Positions 25,618 through 35,205 of a DNA stretch of 64,000 nucleotides are shown piece by piece. The DNA comes from a virus. Taxonomy: Duplodnaviria; Caudoviricetes. The translations under genes were made by a program, and so were the position numbers. The notes below the pieces were generated by a model. The model searched no databases. It had not been told where the DNA came from and saw only the letters and a program-made list of their open reading frames with translations. The stretch is from IMG/VR virus record IMGVR_UViG_3300028549_000963, positions 1,749 to 65,748 of that record; one strand, given 5' to 3'. Each line of letters starts with the position of its first letter. Position 1 is the first letter of the stretch.

Positions 25618-26147
25618 AAAAGTTCGTAGACATGCTGAAGGCGGGGATGGCGGCGGAGCCTCCCCGCCCGGCGCCGGCGGGGCCTATGGAAGGTTTCGAC
25701 CCGGAGGACCTTTCCATGGACAGCGTAAGCCCGTGCAGGACCCTGCGTCCGGGGCTAAGGCCCGTGGAGATCATCTCCACGGGGCACAGGACTCCGAGGT
25801 CGTGGTCGAACCAGGCGGACGGCCTGTCGGTGCAGCAGTTTAACATGCTGAGACAGGTATTCTCCGGACGGACGATAGAATCGGCGATAAAATATATCGC
25901 GCACCCGGAATGCGCCGCGGACATTAAAGCCTGGGCGCTGGAACACATAGTGACGGACTACTATATACCGCAGGGCGTGACGAGCTCACCCTCGATGCTG
26001 GCTATCTCGCTCGAGGGTTACCTCCTGCGCAGGAACTGGCCGGTGTCTTTCGCAGGCAACCTGACGGAGATCGGACTGACCGTGGCGGAAGCCCTGGGGC
26101 TGGAGATAACACAAAACGGAAGCGCACGCTGCTTCCTCAAGATATAA
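25614..26147 (+). CDS. Hypothetical protein
   Basis: GGAG RBS, ATGA overlap with the primase stop. Confidence 0.6.
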   Translation: MKKFVDMLKAGMAAEPPRPAPAGPMEGFDPEDLSMDSVSPCRTLRPGLRPVEIISTGHRTPRSWSNQADGLSVQQFNMLRQVFSGRTIESAIKYIAHPECAADIKAWALEHIVTDYYIPQGVTSSPSMLAISLEGYLLRRNWPVSFAGNLTEIGLTVAEALGLEITQNGSARCFLKI

Positions 26148-26235
26148 CCACAGGTAGAGGGATTAAAAAACAAATCCCTCTACCTATCATTTTTTAGTAG
26201 GAACAATCGGCGGAAACGCCAGCAAGGAGAACAGT

Positions 26236-27237
26236 ATGGACAAACCACTGAAAGTCACCATCGAACATCGGTGGATGAGCAACACGGACGCTGACAAATG
26301 CCTGACTGTCGGGAATAAGCGCATCCGCGGGTTCACGATCAAGCATTACGCAACGGAGATTGCGTGCAAGTACCCGGATAAGAAAGACCCGTCGAGGGGC
26401 GTCGTCATCTTCAACAACCGCACCTATAGTTCCCGCACGTCGGGGTTCCAGTGCAAGATCCGTCGCGCGATCCCAGGCACATGGAAGACGATTTACATCA
26501 ACAGCGACCGCTTCTGCCGCGGAGACGACTATGTGTCGACGCTGCGACGGGTGGCCTGTGCGCTGGGGATAATGTACGAAGACCAGGAGAAGCTCGTCAA
26601 GGAGATGAAGACGGCGAGACTGAAGAGCACACGGGCGAATCTCTGGAACCGCATCTGTTTTGCGCAGGAGAACGTCGAGAAACTCGCGAAGTTCCTCAAG
26701 CGTAAGCCGAAGGGGATGAAACGGTTTAAGATCGACGTCACAGCGGTATCAGCGGAAGCCACCGAGTATTACTTCGCGCAGGACGAAAGACGCACGGCCC
26801 GCTGGGCGAGACGGAACGAAGAATCCCGGAAGAGGCAGGAGCTTATCGACGCGGAACTCAAACTGACACAGGCTGAGCGCATCGCCAAATGGCGCGCCGG
26901 AGAACGCGTTTATGCCTGCATGTACAACGAACCCACCATGGTTCGCTTCTCGAAAGGTGGAACCCGCGTGCAGACGAGCCGCGGAGTCGAGATCCTGCTG
27001 TGCGACGCACTGCGACTGTTCAAACTCGCAAAAGCTATCCACGGTAAGGGGCTTCTGGAAGACTCGGAAACTCTTAAGCATATCGAGGAAACACGTCTGG
27101 CCATCGGAAGTTACACGTTAAATAAGATATCGCCGAATGGCGACGTCACTGTCGGATGCCACTTCATCAAATACGAAGAGATGGAACAACTGTTCAACCA
27201 GCTGCCGGACGAGAAGAAAGAGCTCGAACAAGTTTAG
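26236..27237 (+). CDS. Conserved phage hypothetical protein
   Basis: AAGGAG RBS; YS..TS..Q and V.TSRG.E...I...G.V.VGCH.I motifs. Confidence 0.8.
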   Translation: MDKPLKVTIEHRWMSNTDADKCLTVGNKRIRGFTIKHYATEIACKYPDKKDPSRGVVIFNNRTYSSRTSGFQCKIRRAIPGTWKTIYINSDRFCRGDDYVSTLRRVACALGIMYEDQEKLVKEMKTARLKSTRANLWNRICFAQENVEKLAKFLKRKPKGMKRFKIDVTAVSAEATEYYFAQDERRTARWARRNEESRKRQELIDAELKLTQAERIAKWRAGERVYACMYNEPTMVRFSKGGTRVQTSRGVEILLCDALRLFKLAKAIHGKGLLEDSETLKHIEETRLAIGSYTLNKISPNGDVTVGCHFIKYEEMEQLFNQLPDEKKELEQV

Positions 27238-27248
27238 AGATCAAAAAC

Positions 27249-27411
27249 GTACGCCAGGGTTGGCATACTATTCACGGAGACATACATTCGGCATTCCGGT
27301 TATCCGGTATGTCTCCGTGGGTCCCGGAGGGCCTGGCGTACCTTGTGTTACACCCTCCGGGATCGCCTAAACCCGCGACCGCGTCCGCGGGATAATAACC
27401 GGACGACGCGG
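27249..27411 (+). ncRNA. Candidate tandem-pseudoknot RNA
   Basis: GTACGCCAGG(27249-58)/CCTGGCGTAC(27332-41) crossed by TCCCGGAGGG(27322-31)/CCCTCCGGGA(27353-62); 13-bp hairpin 27273-85/27307-19; second H-type knot CCCGCG/CGCGGG with loop CCGCGTC pairing GACGCGG(27405-11). Confidence 0.6.
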
Positions 27412-27433
27412 AACTTTTTAACTAGGAGGACGT

Positions 27434-27730
27434 ATGGAAATGTTTATCGTTTTACTGAAGTACAACGTTATGTTCAATGACGCGGATGATGGCTGGTGCT
27501 ACGCAGGAGACGGAGGTCGAATACTCAAATGCTTTTCAGAAAAAGGCAAGGCGGAAGAGTTTATCGCTACCTTCGACCCAATAATCAAGCTCGCCGAGAA
27601 GGAGCATACAGTTTTTCCACGGCAGGCGAACAACCGAAAGCTGAAGAGCGTATTGGGTTGGGATCTACACGATTTCAACCAGTGCGAAGAAGGCTATAAC
27701 TTGGAACTGCAAACCGTAGAGGTTGAATAA
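27434..27730 (+). CDS. Hypothetical protein
   Basis: AGGAGG RBS. Confidence 0.65.
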   Translation: MEMFIVLLKYNVMFNDADDGWCYAGDGGRILKCFSEKGKAEEFIATFDPIIKLAEKEHTVFPRQANNRKLKSVLGWDLHDFNQCEEGYNLELQTVEVE

Positions 27731-27731
27731 T

Positions 27732-28103
27732 ATGAAAAAGAAAGATCCGAAAGCCCCGTACAAGGGGCTCACGCATGAGCAGTTCATGGCGAAACGCCAT
27801 CCCGACATGAAGATCGTGGAGATCGACGGCGATAAGATTATCGTCGGAGTTTTCTGCGGCTACGCGCAGGGTCCCATGACCGACACCGGCTGCGTGAACG
27901 TCTGTGAGAGGTACTCATCCTGCACTGCGGCGATGGAGAACAACGACCTCTGTCAGATCATCAGCCGTGACGGCGAACGTACGTGGTGCGACGTCTGCGG
28001 TGACACGATCGCCGACAAAGACGACATCGTCTACGTCCGTGTGCCAGGGAAGCGTTACAAGGTTTGCGGTGAAGACTGCGAAAAGAAGGTGAGGTCGAAA
28101 TGA
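27732..28103 (+). CDS. Zn-finger-like hypothetical protein
   Basis: CDVCG...CGEDC motifs; ATG 27732. Confidence 0.65.
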   Translation: MKKKDPKAPYKGLTHEQFMAKRHPDMKIVEIDGDKIIVGVFCGYAQGPMTDTGCVNVCERYSSCTAAMENNDLCQIISRDGERTWCDVCGDTIADKDDIVYVRVPGKRYKVCGEDCEKKVRSK

Positions 28104-28399
28104 AAAAAGAAAAAATTGACAAGCATAACGACGGAAAAATCCGCTTCGGCCGGCTACCGATACGCGTGCAGAATGAACTCAGATCTGGCAAGTATCGGAT
28201 TCAATGGTGGTCTATAGACAGGAAGAAATGGAATACGATTCCTGTTCGGGTAAACCATCCGTTTGGCGATATTGAAATATATCGAGCCTTACCCCCGAAG
28301 AAAGTTTTCATCCACGTCCGTGGCGGCGTGGCATACTGCGACCGCGTCCCGAAAGGCGTGGTTGTAAAGATTATCGACCACGATAACGAGGGAAGATAA
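28100..28399 (+). CDS. Hypothetical protein
   Basis: GAGG RBS; C-terminal I.VRGGVA....P.GV.V.IID.DN motif seen in phage ORFs. Confidence 0.65.
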   Translation: MKKEKIDKHNDGKIRFGRLPIRVQNELRSGKYRIQWWSIDRKKWNTIPVRVNHPFGDIEIYRALPPKKVFIHVRGGVAYCDRVPKGVVVKIIDHDNEGR

Positions 28400-28401
28400 C
28401 C

Positions 28402-28566
28402 ATGGAATACAAAGTAACATGGACGATCCAACTGGACGCGGATGACCCGCGCCAAGCCGCGGTGCTGGCGAAACAGATCATGATGGATCCCGATAGCATC
28501 GCGACTGTTTTCGATGTGACAAACGAAGAGACCAGTGAAAAGACGGAAATCGACCTCGTCGAGTAG
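28402..28566 (+). CDS. Small phage protein (Y.VTW.I.LDA..PR.AA family)
   Basis: Not in ORF track; GAGGG RBS; MEYKVTWTIQLDADDPRQAAVLAKQIM. Confidence 0.65.
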   Translation: MEYKVTWTIQLDADDPRQAAVLAKQIMMDPDSIATVFDVTNEETSEKTEIDLVE

Positions 28567-28578
28567 GAGAAAAACATT

Positions 28579-29925
28579 ATGAACCCGTATACTTGGCAGA
28601 TCCCTCTTGTCCGATCAGTGGTAACCAGCCTACAAAAAAATAAACTCTTCATATCTGGATTCCCAACGGGTTCTGGAAAGACGGTGATTGCTCTAGCCGC
28701 TGCGCGAGAGTTGAATATGAAGCACCTAATTATTGCGCCTAAAGTCAGTCTCACGCAGTGGCGGCGCGCGGCTGAATCAATGGGGTGCGCAGATCAACTG
28801 ATCGGCATCATCAATCCGGAACGGATCTCGAAGCCCGGAGGCTGCGAGTTTTATACTCGCGAAAGGCGCTGGGTGCTACCACCGAATTGCGCGGTGGTTT
28901 GGGACGAGCCCCATCGCTCGTGCTCCGGACCGAAGTCCGTCACAACCAAGGCGCTCGCCGAGCTAAAGGCTTTCGGCGCCTCGCTGCACGCCATGTCCGC
29001 CACGCTCGCTGACAGCCCGCTTAAACTGCGGGCCCTCGGCTGGTGGGCGGGCCTTCACCAATGGCACGACCCGTCATTCTACGGCTGGTGCAGGGCCAAC
29101 GGCTGCTCGCTCGAGGAGATGAAACGCTACGACCCGCGGACCGGCATGATCGGCACCCGGCGGGTCATCGAATTTACAAAGAACCGTGACGAGGCGAAAG
29201 CCTACATGGAAGGAATCCGCCGCTCTTTCGGCACTAGGTTCATGTCGCTGAAGCCGGAGGACATCCCGGGCTTCCCGACGGAGGACGTCGGCATTGAACT
29301 CATCGACCTTTCCAAGCAGGAGAAGGCGACGATCGATAACGCTTACGCCGAGATGTCGGAACGCATGAAATCCCTTACGGCTTCGCCAATGGCGGAGAGC
29401 GGGCGGGAACGTGAACGCGTCGAATTCGTCATGGCTGAAGCCGTGGCCGAACTCGCATCGAACTACATCGACGAAGGTAACAGTGTCGTCGTCTTCTTCA
29501 ACTTCACCGAGCCGCGACTGCGGTTCGAGGAGGCCTTCCGTAAGCTCCGGCCCGGGGAATCCCTGGCTGTAGTACGAGGAGCGCAGAAGGACGATGAACG
29601 CCAAGCCGGCATCGATGACTTCCAGGCTAACCGGACCTATTGCATATCCGTGATGGCTGAAGCCGGGGGCGCCGCGCTCAGCCTGCATGACGAGCTGAAG
29701 ATGCGTACCCGCGTATCGCTTATCCTGCCGGGTTGGAACTCCAGCACGGTCAAGCAATGCCTCGGGCGTATCAGGCGGTGCAACGGCACCCACGCCACGC
29801 AGCGGTTCATATTCGCCGCGGGCACCGTGCAGGAGCGCGTCGCCAAGACAATGCAGAGGAAGATCGATAACCTGGATGCGTTCAACTTCGCCGAAGAACT
29901 AACAGACACGGACTTGATTCCGTAA
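28579..29925 (+). CDS. Superfamily 2 DNA helicase
   Basis: Motif I PTGSGKT, motif II WDEPHR, motif III SAT, motif V EAGG..LSL, motif VI QCLGRIRR. Confidence 0.9.
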   Translation: MNPYTWQIPLVRSVVTSLQKNKLFISGFPTGSGKTVIALAAARELNMKHLIIAPKVSLTQWRRAAESMGCADQLIGIINPERISKPGGCEFYTRERRWVLPPNCAVVWDEPHRSCSGPKSVTTKALAELKAFGASLHAMSATLADSPLKLRALGWWAGLHQWHDPSFYGWCRANGCSLEEMKRYDPRTGMIGTRRVIEFTKNRDEAKAYMEGIRRSFGTRFMSLKPEDIPGFPTEDVGIELIDLSKQEKATIDNAYAEMSERMKSLTASPMAESGRERERVEFVMAEAVAELASNYIDEGNSVVVFFNFTEPRLRFEEAFRKLRPGESLAVVRGAQKDDERQAGIDDFQANRTYCISVMAEAGGAALSLHDELKMRTRVSLILPGWNSSTVKQCLGRIRRCNGTHATQRFIFAAGTVQERVAKTMQRKIDNLDAFNFAEELTDTDLIP

Positions 29926-29934
29926 GGAGGATCT

Positions 29935-30132
29935 ATGGACAACAGAACAGTACCGGCCGACGACCGCCGGGCCATTGAAATCCTCGGCATCCGCGGGATG
30001 CGCGAGATACTCGGCAGTCCGGACATCGATACGGTTAAGAAGGACGAGCTATTGTTCCGGGAACGTTCAGCCGTCGCTGACTATTACAACTGGCTGTTCG
30101 ACCGCGGACAGGAGAGAAAGGATACAAAATGA
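29935..30132 (+). CDS. Small hypothetical protein
   Basis: AAGGAGG RBS. Confidence 0.6.
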   Translation: MDNRTVPADDRRAIEILGIRGMREILGSPDIDTVKKDELLFRERSAVADYYNWLFDRGQERKDTK

Positions 30133-30232
30133 TTTACGTTAAGATCGCGATCACCATAGTAATGGGTCTGTTATTAATCGCCGTTATCGTCTTACCGTTC
30201 TGTATAAAAGACAGGGACGACCAGGAGGGGAA

Positions 30233-30463
30233 ATGAACAAGTACTCCATAAAGGTACGCCTTACGACAGTACTCGAGCGCTTCATAGAAATCGAAGCGGA
30301 TAACGAGGAAAACGCATGCTACGCGGCGGAGGAACAAGCCGGAGGTACGCGCTGGGTCACAGATCCGACGCTAATGGATGGTGTCGAGGAATGTGGAGAA
30401 TCGATCACCGCAGAAGTGGACGAGCTAATCGAAGGAGAGGAACCCGAAAATGAAAAAAGTTAA
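30233..30463 (+). CDS. DpnD/PcfM-like small protein
   Basis: KYSIKV....ERFIEIEADNEENA pattern. Confidence 0.6.
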   Translation: MNKYSIKVRLTTVLERFIEIEADNEENACYAAEEQAGGTRWVTDPTLMDGVEECGESITAEVDELIEGEEPENEKS

Positions 30464-30698
30464 AGAGAGCGGGCTCACGCAGGACTACACAGTCCTGCTA
30501 TCGAGACCTGATTACATCGCGGACGACCCGCTTGACACCTACTGCGACCACGTCTCCGAAACCTCGGAGAAGAAAGCCGTAGCGAAGGCCCGCGGGAACG
30601 CGAAGAAAGCAGACCGCAGTGAAGGCGAGCCGACGGACTACGCACTGCTGTTTGTCTGCAAAGGCCATGTGAGGGATCTTTCCTTCGAGGCGGAATAG
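30450..30698 (+). CDS. Small phage hypothetical protein
   Basis: GGAG RBS; YTVLLSRPDYIA motif. Confidence 0.65.
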   Translation: MKKVKESGLTQDYTVLLSRPDYIADDPLDTYCDHVSETSEKKAVAKARGNAKKADRSEGEPTDYALLFVCKGHVRDLSFEAE

Positions 30699-30704
30699 GA
30701 ACGT

Positions 30705-31160
30705 ATGAAAAAGTTTAAAGTAACCATTACGAAGAAAGAGATTTTCACTAAGGTCGTCGAGATCGAGGCGGAGACTGAAGTAGATGCACGCGAGATAGCC
30801 GGAGACGCACCGCTGGACAGCGGCTGGACTCACGAAGAGGACTCCACAGAACTTGAGACGGACGTTGAGCGCATCAACCCGCCGTACGACACCGTGGACT
30901 TCCCGGCGTACGCTCTCTCGGCGCTCTTCAACGATGACCTCTCCGGCATGTCCGGAGATGATCTGAAGCATCTGCACAACTGGACTCGCGAAACCGAGAC
31001 CAGGATCCGTGCGAACCACGGACAGAAGTGTCAGATCATCTACGACGCCGGCGAAGACACGTACTTCAGCACGGCGCAAGTCTTCGGGCTTCCGGCTACC
31101 TGTGTCGAGCTCGAGATCCACGTGATTCCGGAACCGGAATTCAAGGAGAATATGAAATGA
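30705..31160 (+). CDS. DpnD/PcfM-like N-terminal domain fused to a second phage domain
   Basis: MKKFKVTITKKEIFTKVVEIEAETEVDARE; second half P.YAL.AL.N.D.SG. Confidence 0.7.
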   Translation: MKKFKVTITKKEIFTKVVEIEAETEVDAREIAGDAPLDSGWTHEEDSTELETDVERINPPYDTVDFPAYALSALFNDDLSGMSGDDLKHLHNWTRETETRIRANHGQKCQIIYDAGEDTYFSTAQVFGLPATCVELEIHVIPEPEFKENMK

Positions 31161-31348
31161 AGTACAAGGTAAGACTGGATGTCGATCTCGTCCTGGAAGT
31201 TCCCGAGGGTACAACCGAGGACGAGTTCTACGAACTGTATCACAACATCGAAGGCGTCGAGCTGAACGCGAAGACCGGAAACGCGGGCAAGATCAACATC
31301 ACGGACTGCGTCGATACAGTGGTCAGCATTGAGGAATGGAAGCATTAA
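31157..31348 (+). CDS. Small acidic hypothetical protein
   Basis: AAGGAG RBS, ATGA overlap. Confidence 0.6.
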   Translation: MKYKVRLDVDLVLEVPEGTTEDEFYELYHNIEGVELNAKTGNAGKINITDCVDTVVSIEEWKH

Positions 31349-31350
31349 GT

Positions 31351-31815
31351 ATGTACACAATTAAAGGATTGAAATCGTTCATCGGGAACGAAGGCCACGG
31401 CTACAACGTAACCCTGTGCCGTGACGGAAAAAAGGTCGCGTTCGTCATTAACGACGCCTCAGGTGGAGAAGTGGACTTCCAGTGGTGCGACTGGAAGAAA
31501 GGCGGGTCCGTCGAGGAGGCGACTTTGCTCAAGTTCCTCGAAGGGAAGATGAGCCCGCCCCTCTTTCCTGGGGATACAGAAAGCCAAGAGACTCCGTCTT
31601 GCTTCGTCGCAGGGCTCATCGACGCCTACGAAATCGACAAGAAGATGCGCGCTCTCTGCAAGAAGTATCTGCTGATCCGCGTCACGGGCGACAAGGAAGA
31701 TGAGTACCGCACGATCAAGCAGAAGGATTCACCGGCGCTGCGGGACTCAGTCAAGAAGAGCGCTGCGACGGCGGGCAAGGAAGTCATCGAGTTCATTAAC
31801 GACAAGTACAGGTGA
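31351..31815 (+). CDS. Conserved phage hypothetical protein
   Basis: Y.IK.LK.F...EG.G....L..DGKKVA...ND..GG motif. Confidence 0.7.
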   Translation: MYTIKGLKSFIGNEGHGYNVTLCRDGKKVAFVINDASGGEVDFQWCDWKKGGSVEEATLLKFLEGKMSPPLFPGDTESQETPSCFVAGLIDAYEIDKKMRALCKKYLLIRVTGDKEDEYRTIKQKDSPALRDSVKKSAATAGKEVIEFINDKYR

Positions 31816-31823
31816 GGAGATTT

Positions 31824-32063
31824 ATGGGAAACGAATATAAAGACGTAAATGACGCGAAGGCCAAGCTGCCGGAGCTGATCAACAAAGCCCTCGACGAGAA
31901 GGGCGTATGGACGGTGACGACTTGCGCGACAGGCGCGATGTTCGGCTGGGACATGAACCTGCACTACGCGCTTGAGTGGTTCCAGCGTCATTGCCCCGAG
32001 CGGTGGCAGATCAAGAATATCTATCGGCACGAATGTACCGAGTGGACAATCACGGAGAGATAA
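31824..32063 (+). CDS. Small hypothetical protein
   Basis: GAGGAG RBS. Confidence 0.55.
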   Translation: MGNEYKDVNDAKAKLPELINKALDEKGVWTVTTCATGAMFGWDMNLHYALEWFQRHCPERWQIKNIYRHECTEWTITER

Positions 32064-32067
32064 AACT

Positions 32068-32544
32068 ATGCTAAGCAAGAAACAACTTATAGCACGCATC
32101 GCGTCCGGAGTGAAGGCGGAAGACGCCGAGAATCTGAAACGGACTAACGAGATCCGGGCGGAGCTTCTCCCCACGGTTTTATTAACGCAGGATGCGCTGA
32201 AAAAAGCCGGCATCGACTACGCCGGCTGGTGGAACAACGACCGTGGAAACGGATGCGGGCTCGCGTATAACCTGCGCATGTCCAGCGTGATTCCCGGCAC
32301 GGATGTCGAAATCTGTACCCGCAAGAGTCCGACCTGCGGGATAATCTTCACGGACGTTAAGCGGGAGACTGGCTCCACGAAAATCGAACGGAGCTTCCAA
32401 CTCATCTACCCGATGGCAGGAGAGCGGCCGAACGATGTCGAAGACTTCCAGCTGTACGTGGCGCTGATGATCTCCGAGCGCTTTCCGGACTCGAAATTCT
32501 CCGCGATCGTCTTTGACTACCGCGGGAACCGGAGGGTGACATGA
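32068..32544 (+). CDS. Hypothetical protein
   Basis: GGAG RBS, ATG 32068. Confidence 0.65.
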   Translation: MLSKKQLIARIASGVKAEDAENLKRTNEIRAELLPTVLLTQDALKKAGIDYAGWWNNDRGNGCGLAYNLRMSSVIPGTDVEICTRKSPTCGIIFTDVKRETGSTKIERSFQLIYPMAGERPNDVEDFQLYVALMISERFPDSKFSAIVFDYRGNRRVT

Positions 32545-32933
32545 GTAAATGGAACAACACCCCGGAGGGCGTGGCGGTAGCCCGCTCCTCCCACGGGGAG
32601 TTTACGTTCGACCTGCGTACAGGCAAAGTGCTGAGTACGAACCTCGACAGAGGCTTTGGAGCCAAACCTATCCGCGTTGACGTGCCGGAGCACCAAAGCT
32701 GGTACCGGAACTTTATCGAGAGTGGCTTCTGCTGCGATGTACTGGGTTTATCTTACTGGACACGTAAGTATTACGTACCAGCCTGCAGGGACTGGCGCAA
32801 GGATGTGATGGGCCGCAGGCAAGAGGATTCCATCTACGACTTCGGACCGGTCTCCGCGAAGGAGAAAGCCCAGAAGAGGGAGGGTCTCCGTCTTGAACGC
32901 GATTCGTCAAAGAAAGTGAGGATTGGAAAATGA
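32541..32933 (+). CDS. Hypothetical protein
   Basis: GGAGG RBS, ATGA overlaps. Confidence 0.65.
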   Translation: MSKWNNTPEGVAVARSSHGEFTFDLRTGKVLSTNLDRGFGAKPIRVDVPEHQSWYRNFIESGFCCDVLGLSYWTRKYYVPACRDWRKDVMGRRQEDSIYDFGPVSAKEKAQKREGLRLERDSSKKVRIGK

Positions 32934-33577
32934 AGACACTGACACCGTTTAACAACATGCCGAAGCGTGACGACGTCGTCGCGCAGATCACCAAAGGCCA
33001 TCCGGAGTGGACGAAGCGCAAGATTGAGAACGCCGTAAACCGCCGTATGGAAGAACTCCGGCTGATCGCGGAAGCAATGCCAGCGAACTACATCAAGATC
33101 AAGATTGAGTGGAAGCGCAGCGCGACGTGGGGGGCAAACCCCTCATGGGAAGCCTGGGTCTGGGGCGAGGATACCAAAGGCAAAGCGCCGGAGTACGGCA
33201 GCGACTGGCATAAATACGCCAAGGGCGGCCCGATCGGAGGCTGCGGATACGACAAGTGCAGCACCGCTACCGCGGCAGCGCTCAACGCATTGCTTACCCC
33301 ATGGCTGTTCCGCTTGAATCCGAAAATGCTTCTGCGTACACGCAACGACAGAGGAACAGTGACCTCCGGGGTCCCTTACGGATTCTGGACTGGACGTTCG
33401 GACCTGCAGGAGAAACCGTGGACGAACTGGACCCCCAGTTTCGACGGCGGCGTCGGAGTGGACTGTCACGAGAACATCGTGCGCTACCTCGGTGGTGAAG
33501 TCGTCACAAGCGAAAGCGGCGGCACCTGGGATCTGTACGTGTTCAAACTGCCACCGTTTAAGGAGCCAAAAACGTGA
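32930..33577 (+). CDS. Conserved phage hypothetical protein
   Basis: EWKRS.TWG.NP, GGCGYDK.STA.A.ALN, F.GGVG..C motifs. Confidence 0.8.
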   Translation: MKTLTPFNNMPKRDDVVAQITKGHPEWTKRKIENAVNRRMEELRLIAEAMPANYIKIKIEWKRSATWGANPSWEAWVWGEDTKGKAPEYGSDWHKYAKGGPIGGCGYDKCSTATAAALNALLTPWLFRLNPKMLLRTRNDRGTVTSGVPYGFWTGRSDLQEKPWTNWTPSFDGGVGVDCHENIVRYLGGEVVTSESGGTWDLYVFKLPPFKEPKT

Positions 33578-33828
33578 ACACAAACGTACTGGAGGGATTC
33601 AGATGCCCTAAATGCGGATCCGACGATAGGTTCCGCATTGAAGCCACGACGATGTTCGACGTGACCGACGACGGCACGGAACAGCTCGAAAGCTCAGTAG
33701 ATTGGAGTGACGAAAGCTACTGCGAATGCCGTACGTGCGCGCACTATGGGACCGTGAAGGACTTCAAGAGCCCCGACGAGAAAAAGGAACGCGGACTTCG
33801 CGTGGCCGAACTGGAGGATCACTTATGA
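33574..33828 (+). CDS. Zn-ribbon phage protein
   Basis: LEG.RCPKCGS...C.C..C...G.V.DF. Confidence 0.7.
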   Translation: MNTNVLEGFRCPKCGSDDRFRIEATTMFDVTDDGTEQLESSVDWSDESYCECRTCAHYGTVKDFKSPDEKKERGLRVAELEDHL

Positions 33829-34244
33829 AATACTGGGGAGACTTTCAAACGAAGTGGGGGTTCAGTGAAGGGGAGGCAACTCCCCAGGACGCCTGGGCCC
33901 ACCGCTTCGTTTATGTCCGGGAAATTAACCGGAAAGCTGCAGAGCTCGGCAGTAAAGTCCGCCTCATCGCGTACGACCGCGGGGGCATGCACAACAGCCT
34001 ATTAATTGTGCGCGTACCGTCGGAGATGCCGGAGGGCGTCTACTCGGAAACGGAGATGTGCAACGGCACCGCCGGTGAGAAAATTCCGTCGCTCTATTTT
34101 GATACAAAGGACGATGCGCGGATGGAAGCGGCAATCGATTACTTCACGTCTGATGAAGAGGAGATTGACAGCTATGTGCAAATCTCCGTGACGATCCTCG
34201 AGACGGATGACGACGGAGAAATCGTGGAGTCAAAAACATTATGA
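33825..34244 (+). CDS. Hypothetical protein
   Basis: GGAGG RBS, ATG 33825. Confidence 0.65.
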   Translation: MKYWGDFQTKWGFSEGEATPQDAWAHRFVYVREINRKAAELGSKVRLIAYDRGGMHNSLLIVRVPSEMPEGVYSETEMCNGTAGEKIPSLYFDTKDDARMEAAIDYFTSDEEEIDSYVQISVTILETDDDGEIVESKTL

Positions 34245-34561
34245 AACAATCAGAAGACTTCATGGCGGGGTATCATGCCGCCATTGAACTCATGCAGGCC
34301 TACGACGGCCCCGCGATGGTGACCGACGAACTCGTCGAGCACCTCGAGGAGCAGGAAGGCCGTCAGCTCGAACTCTACAAGCACAAATGTGAGACCGGAG
34401 GGATCAAGCGATGAGTACCTGGGAGATGTTTAAGTTCTGGCTGATCAAGGAGACGATGCCGTTGGTCATCTTCCTGATGATACTGGCATTACTTTTTGGC
34501 AGTATCTTCGTGTGGGCATGGGTTGAATGCACGATAAACGACTTCAAGAGATGGAGGAAGA

Positions 34562-35197
34562 ATGCGAAACGCCATAAAGATTGACGGCATGTCGATCGCG
34601 GCGGGGAACAGCAAGATGGGCAACATCATGCACATCAACCTGCCCCCGCCGATGACTTGCGACCACGATCTGCCGTGCTATAAGGACGGCTGCTACGCAA
34701 TGAAGTTCTACCGACTGCGGAAGAACGTAAAGACTAGTTGGGACTCCAACTGGGAAGCCCTACAACGCGACCGTAATAGGTACTTTGAAATTATCACGAA
34801 CGCCATACGTATGGTAAAACCGAAGATGTTCCGTTGGCACAGCGCAGGCGATATCATCGACCTGAACTACCTGTTCCGTATGGAGGACGTAGCCCGGAGA
34901 AATCCGGAAACGAAGTTTATGGCGTTCACGAAAAAATACGATCTCGTGTTCGATGCCGATAAGGAGTTTAAAGAGTACAGGACTGTGCCGCATACGCAGA
35001 TCATCCTCTCGGCATGGCCAGGAATGATCATACCGGAACATCTGAAACGGGAACATCCCGTCGCGTACATGTACGACGCAAAGAATGTGGATCCGGAGAT
35101 CCCGGAGACAGCGCTGCCGTGCGGCGGTGGCTGTGAGAAATGCGGAGTCTGCTGGCTGATGAAGCCCGGACAGTCGGTCGTCTTTGACCGGCATTAA
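34562..35197 (+). CDS. Gene product 88 (GP88)-like protein, Cys-rich
   Basis: GNSKMG, C-x5-C-x4-CYA, FRWHSAGDI, FTK, terminal C-x3-C-x2-C-x2-CW...V.F..H. Confidence 0.8.
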   Translation: MRNAIKIDGMSIAAGNSKMGNIMHINLPPPMTCDHDLPCYKDGCYAMKFYRLRKNVKTSWDSNWEALQRDRNRYFEIITNAIRMVKPKMFRWHSAGDIIDLNYLFRMEDVARRNPETKFMAFTKKYDLVFDADKEFKEYRTVPHTQIILSAWPGMIIPEHLKREHPVAYMYDAKNVDPEIPETALPCGGGCEKCGVCWLMKPGQSVVFDRH

Positions 35198-35205
35198 GGA
35201 GAAGT

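Noticed and set aside
27249-27362. HDV-like or theta ribozyme
   Set aside because: No P3/L3 element or catalytic C-containing J4/2 could be placed, and it does not follow a tRNA.
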